Source: an uncultured delta proteobacterium
GTDB lineage: Bacteria > Desulfobacterota > Desulfobaccia > Desulfobaccales > 0-14-0-80-60-11
Length of the DNA stretch: 64,000 nucleotides
Direction of reading: 5' to 3'
NCBI GenBank assembly: GCA_963697965.1
Contig: OY969108.1
Coordinates: forward strand, 1,055,997 to 1,119,996
In this document: positions 43,814-53,106 of the stretch, in pieces
How the letters are laid out: each line of letters begins with the position of its first letter
Position numbering within the stretch: position 1 is the first letter of the stretch
Notes under the pieces: generated by a model
What the model was told of the DNA's origin: nothing
Database searches by the model: none
Seen by the model: only the letters and a program-made list of their open reading frames with translations
Program-made: the position numbers and the translations under genes

Positions 43814-44971
43814 TCAATCATTTCCCCCAGATTTGGCTTTGCTTAAGAAAAACCGCGGCTCCCACCATTCTTTAATCAGCTTTAGCACTTGAGAGACCTC
43901 GATGGCCGACAGGCAGCGGTTGTCGGGGCACTTCTTCAACAGGCACGCCTCCAGGGTGCAAATCTCTTGTCGTTTGTGCAGAGAGACGCCCCATTCCACC
44001 TGATGGGGCCCCACCCGGGCGGGATGGTCGGCGCCGATGAGGGCAATGCTGGGCACCCCCAAGGCCAGGCCCAGGTGCAGAGGACCGCTGTCGTTGGCCA
44101 CCAGGAGGCGGCAGCGGCGGAGCAGGGCGGCCACCGTCAACAAGGGAAAGCGCCCTCCGGTTACCAGGCTGGGGCCCTGGATGCGGGCCGCGATGGCCTC
44201 CGCCTGGTTCACGTCCTTGGCGCCGCTGATAATCAGCAAAGGCGCCCGGTAGCTTTCAAAGAGCCAATTCCCCAATTCCGCGAAGGAGTCCGCCGGCCAC
44301 CATTTGTAAGGATCAGAGCCGGAGGGGTGCAGGGCCAACAGCAGGGGAGGGACCTCCCCGAAATGCCCGGATAAGATGGCCTGGGCCTCGGCCTCCTCCT
44401 CCGGCGCCAGGAAGAGGTCCATGCGTCGGTTATGGGTATCAGCGCCCAAGAGGCGCACGTAATCGAGGCGCCGCTCGATGGCGTGGGTGAAGGGGTCCGC
44501 CGGCTGAGGCACCCGGGCGGCATAGGCAAAGGACAGGGGGCTGGCCGCGGAACCTACGATAACGGGGCTCCCGGTCAGATGCGCCACCAGGGTGGCCTCG
44601 GGGTCGTTGCCGTGCAGGATGATGCCCAGGTCATAGCGCCGGCCCCGCAGTTCCCTGATCAACCGCAGAAGCTGACGCCGCCGGCCGGGGTAGGCATAGA
44701 GCCGGGCCACGTGGGGGTTATGGGCCAGCAGCGTCCCGAAGACCCGGTGCCCCAGGACCTCCAGCTCCCAGGCCGGAAAACGCTCTTTCAGGGCCCGGAT
44801 GGCCGGGGTGGAGAACAGGGTGTCCCCCAGGGCGGTGGAACTGATGAGCAGCACCCGGCGGACCCCGGCAAAAAATTCCGGCTGCAGGTCCGCAAGAGGC
44901 CGGGGCGGCCGCCGGGCCAGCCGGCGCCGCAGATATTGGCGGCTCAGGGTCAATAAAATCTTATGCCACAT
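43814..44971 (-). CDS. GT9-family glycosyltransferase (heptosyltransferase-like)
   Basis: VLLISSTALGDTLFSTPAIRALKERFP and C-terminal NDSGPLHLGLALGVP fit the family. The start is uncertain, because there is a 38-aa Arg-rich leader before the conserved core and no SD at 44971. Confidence 0.82.
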   Translation of the reverse strand: MWHKILLTLSRQYLRRRLARRPPRPLADLQPEFFAGVRRVLLISSTALGDTLFSTPAIRALKERFPAWELEVLGHRVFGTLLAHNPHVARLYAYPGRRRQLLRLIRELRGRRYDLGIILHGNDPEATLVAHLTGSPVIVGSAASPLSFAYAARVPQPADPFTHAIERRLDYVRLLGADTHNRRMDLFLAPEEEAEAQAILSGHFGEVPPLLLALHPSGSDPYKWWPADSFAELGNWLFESYRAPLLIISGAKDVNQAEAIAARIQGPSLVTGGRFPLLTVAALLRRCRLLVANDSGPLHLGLALGVPSIALIGADHPARVGPHQVEWGVSLHKRQEICTLEACLLKKCPDNRCLSAIEVSQVLKLIKEWWEPRFFLSKAKSGGND

Positions 44972-45006
44972 GGTTCAAGGTTCAAAGTTCAAAGTTCAAG
45001 GTTCAA
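44972..45006. repeat. tandem heptanucleotide array, 5 x (G/A)GTTCAA
   Basis: GGTTCAA GGTTCAA AGTTCAA AGTTCAA GGTTCAA immediately abuts the annotated GT9 start codon. Confidence 0.9.
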
Positions 45007-45064
45007 GGGGCCCGGGTCGATGAGTATTTTGATTTTCTCTTCTTTTTTGGGGTTTGGGGCTTGG

Positions 45065-46270
45065 TTAACCCCCGGCGTCCGATCCCCGGTGCCTGACTTC
45101 GGCGTAAACCTGCTCCAGGCGGTGGGCGGCCTGCTCCCAGGAAAAGTTCTCCGATACCCATTCCCGGCCCTGGCGCCCCAAGCGTTGTCCCAGCTCCCGG
45201 TCCCGAAGCACCTCGAGAATCTTTGCCGCCAGTTCTCCGGGGTCGTCCTGCCGCTTAAGCAGCATGCCGTTGACCCCGTCCTGCACCACCTCGGGAATGC
45301 CGCCCCTGGCGGTGGCGATGATGGGCAGCCCCGCGGCCGCCGCCTCCAGGAAGACCAGACCCAGGCCCTCCTCTACCTGGGAGGGGCCTACGAAGACGTC
45401 CCCCAGGAGATAGGCCCGGGGCATCTCAGGATGCGGCAGGAAGCCGGTGAGCACCACGCGGCCGGCCGCCTGGGCTATTTGCCGGTGCAACTCCTTCAGA
45501 AAAGGGGTCTGCCGCATGGTGCGCGCTTGTCCGTATTCCGTGCCCCCCGCCAGGACCAGGACTGCCTGGGGGAGGCTCTGCCAGACGCGTTCCATGGCCG
45601 CCAGCAGCACCCCCACCCCTTTGCTTTCCCGGAGTTTGCCGGCGAACAGGACGGTGGGCTCCCCACTGAGCCCGTAAGGTTGCCGCGCCCGGCGCACCGC
45701 CTCTTCGTCCTGCCAGCGGCAGGTGAAGGCCGCCACTTCCACCCCGTTATAGACCACCCGCCGGATGGGAGCCCCGGCGCCCAACCCGGCGCTTTCCCGC
45801 TCCAGCACGAAACGGCTGCAGGCGATGAAGCCCTCCAGGGGGATCGCTTCTCCGGGCCGGGGTTTCTCCCGTTTTCCCAGGGAGTCGCTGAGGTTGTGCA
45901 TGTGCAGGATCACCGGAATCCCGGGGGCGAGCCGCCTTTTTAACTGCCAGGCCAACAGAGGGCGGTTGTGCACATGGACCAAATCGGGTTGCAGAAGGGC
46001 CAGCAGCCGGGCTACCTGCCGGTCATACAGGGGAAAATGGCGGCGGTCGCGGCAGTAGAGCCATTTGCGCCATCCCTGTAAAGGGATGCGGAAATATTCG
46101 ACTCCCTGGCGCACCTCCCGCGCCGGCAACTCGGGGTCCGAGACCCCGATGACCAGAGGACGCCAGCCCTTAAGGCGGGCCGCCACCTTCTCGATGAACA
46201 GCTCGGCGGCGCCGCCCCGGATGGGCGGGATGGGGTAGAGCTCCGGTCCGATGAGAGCCACTAGAGGCAT
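45065..46270 (-). CDS. GT4-family glycosyltransferase
   Basis: It has the N-terminal PIRGGAAELF and the C-terminal EGLGLVFLEAAAAGLPIIATARGGIPEVV motif. Confidence 0.88.
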   Translation of the reverse strand: MPLVALIGPELYPIPPIRGGAAELFIEKVAARLKGWRPLVIGVSDPELPAREVRQGVEYFRIPLQGWRKWLYCRDRRHFPLYDRQVARLLALLQPDLVHVHNRPLLAWQLKRRLAPGIPVILHMHNLSDSLGKREKPRPGEAIPLEGFIACSRFVLERESAGLGAGAPIRRVVYNGVEVAAFTCRWQDEEAVRRARQPYGLSGEPTVLFAGKLRESKGVGVLLAAMERVWQSLPQAVLVLAGGTEYGQARTMRQTPFLKELHRQIAQAAGRVVLTGFLPHPEMPRAYLLGDVFVGPSQVEEGLGLVFLEAAAAGLPIIATARGGIPEVVQDGVNGMLLKRQDDPGELAAKILEVLRDRELGQRLGRQGREWVSENFSWEQAAHRLEQVYAEVRHRGSDAGG

Positions 46271-46445
46271 GGTTGGTTCGAGTTTGGAGTTTCGAAAGGC
46301 AAAGCGCCTTCAAGAGCCTTACTCTCAATTCAGTATAGCAGATTTACTTAAACTTCTCAGGGGCCTGGCGGTAATTCCCCCGCAGGGGGTGCTGAGCCGA
46401 AAAGCTACGGGAAAGGACCCCGGTGGCCATGATGTCATAAATTTC

Positions 46446-46473
46446 TTGACACCGGGCCAGGACTTTGTAATAT
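46446..46473 (+). promoter_or_regulatory. candidate sigma-70 promoter TTGACA-16 nt-TAATAT
   Basis: TTGACA lies at 46446-46451 and TAATAT at 46468-46473, about 75 nt upstream of ATG 46550, which has an AAGGAGGAAG SD. Confidence 0.5.
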
Positions 46474-46549
46474 GCTTCACATAGTCCTGCCTCAGGAATT
46501 ATCAAGAAGCCTAATTTAGAATCAATTTATCTCAAGGAGGAAGTAGTAA

Positions 46550-48235
46550 ATGAGTAAAATCCCTGCGGATTATTTGCCACCTAAGGAACTCTGGGCCCAG
46601 TATACCACACCTGAGGAGTACAAGAAGTACCACTCGGGACAGTGGAACATTGCGGAAGAATTTCTGGATCGGCATGTGAAGGAAGGCCGGGGCGATCAGG
46701 CCGCCATCCTTTTCGGCGACCAGAAGATCAGTTTCAAAGAATTGGTGGCCATGGCCAACAAGTTCGCCAACGTCCTCACCAAGATAGGGGTCGGGTCCCA
46801 GGACCGGGTAGGCATCCGTCTCACCAATACCCCGGAGGCCATCGCCATCAATTTCGGGATCGAGAAGTGCGGCGCCATCCCGGTGCCGGTGTCGCCTCTG
46901 TGGGCCAAGGAAGAGGTCACCTTCGTTCTGAACAACGCCGAATTCAAGGCCTTTGCGGTGAGCTTTCCCCTGCTGGGCGCGGTGGAAGCCGGGGCACACG
47001 AATTCGAGTTTCCCACCAAGATCGTGGTAGTGGGCGGGAAGCCCGAAGAGGCGGAGGCCAAGGGCTACGTCTCCTTCGCTAAGGAGATGGCGAGCGCCTC
47101 CGACCAGTTCAGCAACGTCAAGCTGGGCCCTGAAGACATCGGGGTCATCCTGTTCACCTCTGGCACCACCGGCCAGCCTAAGGGCTGCGTCCATTTCGTC
47201 AAAGAGGTGCTGGTCGAGGCCGCCCTGGTCAACAAGTACGTCTATAAGATGGGCCCCGGGGACGTCCTGGGTGGCTCGGCCCCGGTCTCCTTCGCCGCGG
47301 GTTATGGCACCTTCTGCCTCATTCCCTTTGCCGGGGGCGCCTCCATTTCGCTGCTGCCCAAGTTCACCCCGGACGAGATGATGTCCACCATCCAGAAGCA
47401 CAAGATCACGGTGATCACCGGGTTGCCCACCGCCTACCGGAGACTGTTGGAGATGCCCAATTTCAAAGACTACGACCTCTCCAGCGTCCGCATGTACACC
47501 ACTGGCGGCGACGCCCTGACCGGCAAAACCCTGGCCATGTGGCAGGCCAAGACCGGCAAGCCCATCTGGGAAGGGCTGGGCGGCACTGAGATGATGCATC
47601 TGGTGACCTCCAACACCATGAGCGAGGTGCCGATGCCTGACTCCATCGGCAGGGCCCTGCCTGGTTTCGAGATCAAGGTGGTGCGGGAAGACGGCACCAC
47701 CGCTGGCCCCGGCGAAGTGGGCAGCATGATGATCAAGGGCCCCACCGGCACCCTGTATTGGAAGCCCTATATCCAGGAAAACAAGTTGCTGAAATCGATG
47801 AAGAAGGGCATCAAGGAAGGCTTCAACATGATGGGCGACGCCGTTATGATTGATAAAGACGGCTTCATCTTCTTCCAGGCCCGGGAAGACGACATGATCA
47901 AGTCCTCCGGCTTCCGCCTGGCGCCCACCGAGATCGAAGACGCCATCATCCGGCACCCGGCGGTGCGGGATGACGCGGTGGTGGGTATTCCCGACGAGAT
48001 CATGGGCCAAAAGGTGGTGGCCATGGTGGAATTGGAACCCGGTTACACCCCCTCCCAGGAGATGGCCAGCGAAATCATCAAGTCTGCCCTGGACCTGCTG
48101 GCCATGTATAAGCTGCCCCGGGAAGTGGTCTTTCTTGATTCCATCCCCCGGACTCCCACCGGCAAGATCATCAAAAAGGACCTGCGGAAGAACTATCCGG
48201 AGATGCCCAATAAGTTCACCCCCAAGGTGAAGTAA
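46550..48235 (+). CDS. AMP-forming acyl/aryl-CoA ligase (ANL superfamily)
   Basis: It has the AMP-binding motif ILFTSGTTGQPKG, GGTEM, GDAVMIDKDGFIFFQAREDDMIKSSG and C-terminal PRTPTGKIIKK. Confidence 0.9.
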   Translation: MSKIPADYLPPKELWAQYTTPEEYKKYHSGQWNIAEEFLDRHVKEGRGDQAAILFGDQKISFKELVAMANKFANVLTKIGVGSQDRVGIRLTNTPEAIAINFGIEKCGAIPVPVSPLWAKEEVTFVLNNAEFKAFAVSFPLLGAVEAGAHEFEFPTKIVVVGGKPEEAEAKGYVSFAKEMASASDQFSNVKLGPEDIGVILFTSGTTGQPKGCVHFVKEVLVEAALVNKYVYKMGPGDVLGGSAPVSFAAGYGTFCLIPFAGGASISLLPKFTPDEMMSTIQKHKITVITGLPTAYRRLLEMPNFKDYDLSSVRMYTTGGDALTGKTLAMWQAKTGKPIWEGLGGTEMMHLVTSNTMSEVPMPDSIGRALPGFEIKVVREDGTTAGPGEVGSMMIKGPTGTLYWKPYIQENKLLKSMKKGIKEGFNMMGDAVMIDKDGFIFFQAREDDMIKSSGFRLAPTEIEDAIIRHPAVRDDAVVGIPDEIMGQKVVAMVELEPGYTPSQEMASEIIKSALDLLAMYKLPREVVFLDSIPRTPTGKIIKKDLRKNYPEMPNKFTPKVK

Positions 48236-48248
48236 TCCTTTCCTCCCT

Positions 48249-49683
<1,435 letters not shown>

Positions 49684-49688
49684 AACCG

Positions 49689-49776
49689 CGCCGCCGCCCC
49701 CGGCGGGAATATGTAGCGCCGCCGCTCCCGGCGGGCCCTGCCTGCAGAATAGAACCGCCGGGGGCGGCGGTTCTAC
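49689..49776. repeat. cluster of three copies of the hairpin unit CCGCCG-CCCC-CGGCGG (two direct, one inverted)
   Basis: The units lie at 49689-49707 and 49717-49735 (one mismatch). The inverted copy sits inside TAGAACCGCC-GGGGGC-GGCGGTTCTA (49750-49776). GTAG heads occur at 49713 (+) and 49776 (-). Confidence 0.65.
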
Positions 49777-50085
49777 ACAAACCGAGGCTCATATTCCCAA
49801 ATAACGCCTAAACGGGCTCCGTAATGCCCGGCAATCGATCCATAAAGCCCCGGCGAATTTTTTATAAGCAGACTTTACCTGGAAATGGTTTATGCTTACT
49901 ATAATCGGGACTGCAATTCCCCCAGGTTATGAAGATGGGCAACGACAGGGCGCAGACCCCCCCGGCAGGCTCGTTTATAAGATAATCGTTGACAGGAAAA
50001 TCACAAATTATCCGGTTTTAATTTGCCGCCGGCGGGATAAGGTTAACCGAGGCACCCAGGAAACCCTTCCCTAACTGTAAGGAAA

Positions 50086-50649
50086 ATGGAGATGATCGAA
50101 ATCCGCTTTCACGGCCGCGGCGGCCAGGGCGCGGTGACTTCGGTGGAGCTGCTGGCCCTGGCGGCCATTGGCGAAGGTAAGTTCGCCCAGGGCTTCCCCA
50201 GCTTCGGCCCGGAGCGCCGGGGCGCTCCGGTAATGGCCTTCTGCCGGGTGGATGACCGGCGCATCCGTCTGCGCTGCAAGATCCTGCAGCCGGATGTGGT
50301 GGTGGTGCTGGACCCCTCGCTGCTGAGGATTCAAAACCCCCCGGCGGACCTGAGGGAAAACGGCGTCATCGTCTTGAACACCCACAAGAACGCCGCCGAA
50401 ATTCGCCGGGAGTACGGCTATCAGCATACCCTGGCCCTGGTGGACGCCAACAAGATCGCCCGGGAGGTCCTGGGGGTGCCTATTGTCAACACCGCCATGA
50501 TCGGGGCGTTAGTGCGGGCCACCGGGTTGGTGAAGTTGGAGTCCCTGGAGGAGCCTCTGAAGGAACGTTTCGGCCCCCTGGCGGTAAAGAATTTCAATGC
50601 CCTGAAGGTGGCCTTGGAGGCCACTACCATAGAGGAGCGCCAGTCGTGA
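50086..50649 (+). CDS. 2-oxoacid:ferredoxin oxidoreductase gamma subunit (Por/Vor type)
   Basis: [19 protein letters not shown]...[13 protein letters not shown] supports the call. Confidence 0.9.
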
Positions 50650-50936
50650 GCAAAGCATGGGACCAGGTGACCTGGCAGGAAATGGAGATCGGTTCGGTCC
50701 TCACCGAGCCGGGGTCGGCCCGGGCTTACCGCACCGGGGAATGGCGGTCCATGTATCCGGTATGGGACAAGAAGCGCTGCATCCAGTGCGGGGTCTGCTG
50801 GACCGTGTGTCCCGAAGCCGGCATCTCCGAGGACGCGGATGGCTATTTCGAGATGAACGACTATTGCAAAGGCTGCGGCATCTGCGCCAAAGAGTGCGTC
50901 ACCGGTTGCATCAGCATGGCGCCGGAGGAGGGATAA
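50646..50936 (+). CDS. 2-oxoacid:ferredoxin oxidoreductase delta subunit (2x 4Fe-4S ferredoxin)
   Basis: Its GTG overlaps the upstream TGA. It has CIQCGVCWTVCP and CKGCGICAKEC. Confidence 0.9.
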   Translation: MSKAWDQVTWQEMEIGSVLTEPGSARAYRTGEWRSMYPVWDKKRCIQCGVCWTVCPEAGISEDADGYFEMNDYCKGCGICAKECVTGCISMAPEEG

Positions 50937-52111
50937 TGGGCCACCGAGTCGGCATGGAAGTCTCCATCGCGGTGAGCCATGCGGTGCGACTGGCCCGGGC
51001 CGAGGCTATCGCCGCCTATCCCATCACCCCCCAGACCCACATTGTGGAGCATCTCTCCTCTTTGGTGGCCAATGGCGAACTGGATGCGGATTTCGTCACC
51101 GTGGAGTCGGAGCACTCGGCCATGAGCGCCAGCGTCGGCGCCGCCGCCACCGGGGCCCGCACCTACACCGCCACCAGCTCCCAGGGTCTGGCCCTGATGC
51201 ACGAGATCCTCTTCATCGCTTCCGGCATGCGGCTGCCCATCGTCATGACCGTGGCCAACCGGGCTTTATCGGCGCCCCTGAGCATCTGGAACGACCACAG
51301 CGACATCATGGCGGAGAAGGACATCGGCTGGATCCAGTTCTTCGTGGAGAACGGCCAGGATGCCTTCGACCACAGCGTCATGGCCTTCAAGATCGCCGAA
51401 GACCATCGGGTGCTGCTGCCCACCATTATTAATATGGATGGCTTCATCCTGACCCACGTGGTGGAACCCTTGGAGATGCTGGACCAGGAGACGGTGGACC
51501 GGTTTCTGCCGCCGCTTACGCCTTATCTCAAGCTGGACCCCAAGAAGCCCGTGACCATGGGGGCCTTCGCCTTGCCGGAGCTCTTCACCGAGGCTAAGAT
51601 GGCCCATCAGATGGCCCTGACCAATTCTTATGACACTATCCTGGAGGTCTGGCGGGAGTGGGGCGAGCTGACCGGGCGCCATTATCAACCGGTGGAGCGT
51701 TACCGCACCGAGGGCGCCAGGGTGCTGCTGCTTCTCATGGGGTCCCTAGCGGAAGTGGCGGAAGTGGCGGTGGATGAGATGCGAGAGGCGGGCCAGGCCG
51801 TGGGCCTGTTGAAGCCCAGGCTGTGGCGGCCTTTCCCCTTCGCGGATTTGCGGGCCGCCATGGCCGGAGCCGACCTGGTCATCGTCTGCGACCGGGCCAT
51901 GTCCCTGGGTGGGGCGGCAGGGCCGGTGCTGGCGGAAGTGCGCAGCGCCCTCTATCCTCTGGCCCAAAGGCCCCAGGTGTTGGGCTATATCGTGGGACTG
52001 GGAGGCCGGGACGTGCAGCCCCAGGTCTTCAAGGACCTGGTAAGCCACGCCCTCAAGGAAATTGAGCAAGGACCCAGGGAAGAATTCTACCTGGTGGGAG
52101 TGAGAGGCTGA
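50936..52111 (+). CDS. 2-oxoacid:ferredoxin oxidoreductase alpha subunit
   Basis: The start shows a TAATG overlap. AIAAYPITPQT...ESEHSAMSA...TATSSQGLALM supports the call. Confidence 0.92.
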   Translation: MGHRVGMEVSIAVSHAVRLARAEAIAAYPITPQTHIVEHLSSLVANGELDADFVTVESEHSAMSASVGAAATGARTYTATSSQGLALMHEILFIASGMRLPIVMTVANRALSAPLSIWNDHSDIMAEKDIGWIQFFVENGQDAFDHSVMAFKIAEDHRVLLPTIINMDGFILTHVVEPLEMLDQETVDRFLPPLTPYLKLDPKKPVTMGAFALPELFTEAKMAHQMALTNSYDTILEVWREWGELTGRHYQPVERYRTEGARVLLLLMGSLAEVAEVAVDEMREAGQAVGLLKPRLWRPFPFADLRAAMAGADLVIVCDRAMSLGGAAGPVLAEVRSALYPLAQRPQVLGYIVGLGGRDVQPQVFKDLVSHALKEIEQGPREEFYLVGVRG

Positions 52112-53106
52112 TGGAAAAATTCGGTCACGCCCAGAGCCAAAAGTTCGATACTTACGCTTCCCGGTTGTTGCCCCGGGAAGAATTCTTCACTTCGGGGCAC
52201 CGGTCCTGCCAGGGATGCGGCGAAGCCCTGGCGGTGCGTTGGGTGTGCAAGGCCATCGGCAAGGATGCCATCATCGCCCACGCCACCGGCTGCATGGAGA
52301 TCGTCTCCTCGGGCCTGCCCCAAACGGCCTGGATGCACCCCTGGATTCACGTGGCCTTTGAGAACACCTCGGCTGTGGCCTCCGGCATCGAATCCGCCTT
52401 GAAGGTCCTCGCGCGCAAAGGCAAACTCTCCGGCCCCATGCCCAAGGTGGTGGCCATGGGCGGTGACGGCGGCACCAGCGATATCGGTCTCCAGGCCCTC
52501 TCCGGGGCCCTGGAGCGAGGCACCAACTTCACTTACTTCTGCTGGGATAACGAAGCCTACATGAACACCGGCATCCAGAGGTCCAGCGCCACGCCCTTCG
52601 GGGCCATGACCACCACCTCGCCTCCGGGCAAGATGAGCATCGGCCAGCGCAACTGGAAGAAGGACATGGTGGCCATCGCCGTGGCCCACGGCATCCCCTA
52701 CGTGGCCACCGCCTCGCCCAGCTACCTCTTCGACCTTTACTTCAAGGTGAGGAAGGCCCTGGAAACCCCGGGCCCGGCCTACATCAGCGTCCTGTCGGTG
52801 TGCCCCACCGGCTGGCGCTCCGCCACCGATCTCAGCGTCCGCCTGGGCCGCCTGGCGGTGGAAACCGGTGTCTTTCCCCTTTATGAGGTGGTGGATGGCA
52901 AGTTTCGCCTCACCGTGGAGCCACCCAAATTACGGCCCGTCCAGGACTATCTCAAGCCTCAGGGCCGCTTTCGCCATCTGCGGGACCCGGAGATCCACTT
53001 CATTCAGCAGCAAATTCAAGCCAATTACGAGCTACTCCTCCAGAAATGCCAGTCGCCGTTTCCGGAATTCGCCCCGGTGCACATCCCTGAGGTTGATCAA
53101 AGATGA
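52111..53106 (+). CDS. 2-oxoacid:ferredoxin oxidoreductase beta subunit (TPP-binding)
   Basis: The start shows a TGATG overlap. It has GHRSCQGCGEAL and GGDGGTSDIGLQALS...NEAYMNTGIQ. Confidence 0.92.
   Translation: MEKFGHAQSQKFDTYASRLLPREEFFTSGHRSCQGCGEALAVRWVCKAIGKDAIIAHATGCMEIVSSGLPQTAWMHPWIHVAFENTSAVASGIESALKVLARKGKLSGPMPKVVAMGGDGGTSDIGLQALSGALERGTNFTYFCWDNEAYMNTGIQRSSATPFGAMTTTSPPGKMSIGQRNWKKDMVAIAVAHGIPYVATASPSYLFDLYFKVRKALETPGPAYISVLSVCPTGWRSATDLSVRLGRLAVETGVFPLYEVVDGKFRLTVEPPKLRPVQDYLKPQGRFRHLRDPEIHFIQQQIQANYELLLQKCQSPFPEFAPVHIPEVDQR

Noticed and set aside
43501-43875. Plus-strand ORFs of 124 and 95 aa downstream of DUF1499
   Set aside because: They translate to F/L/S/P-rich strings. 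They are the antisense of a Lys-rich minus-strand micro-ORF and of promoter DNA, with no SD or motifs.
44972-45006. Possible CRISPR array or CRISPR-like repeats
   Set aside because: The units are 7 nt and contiguous with no spacers. No 25-40-nt repeat/spacer periodicity and no cas genes occur anywhere in the window.
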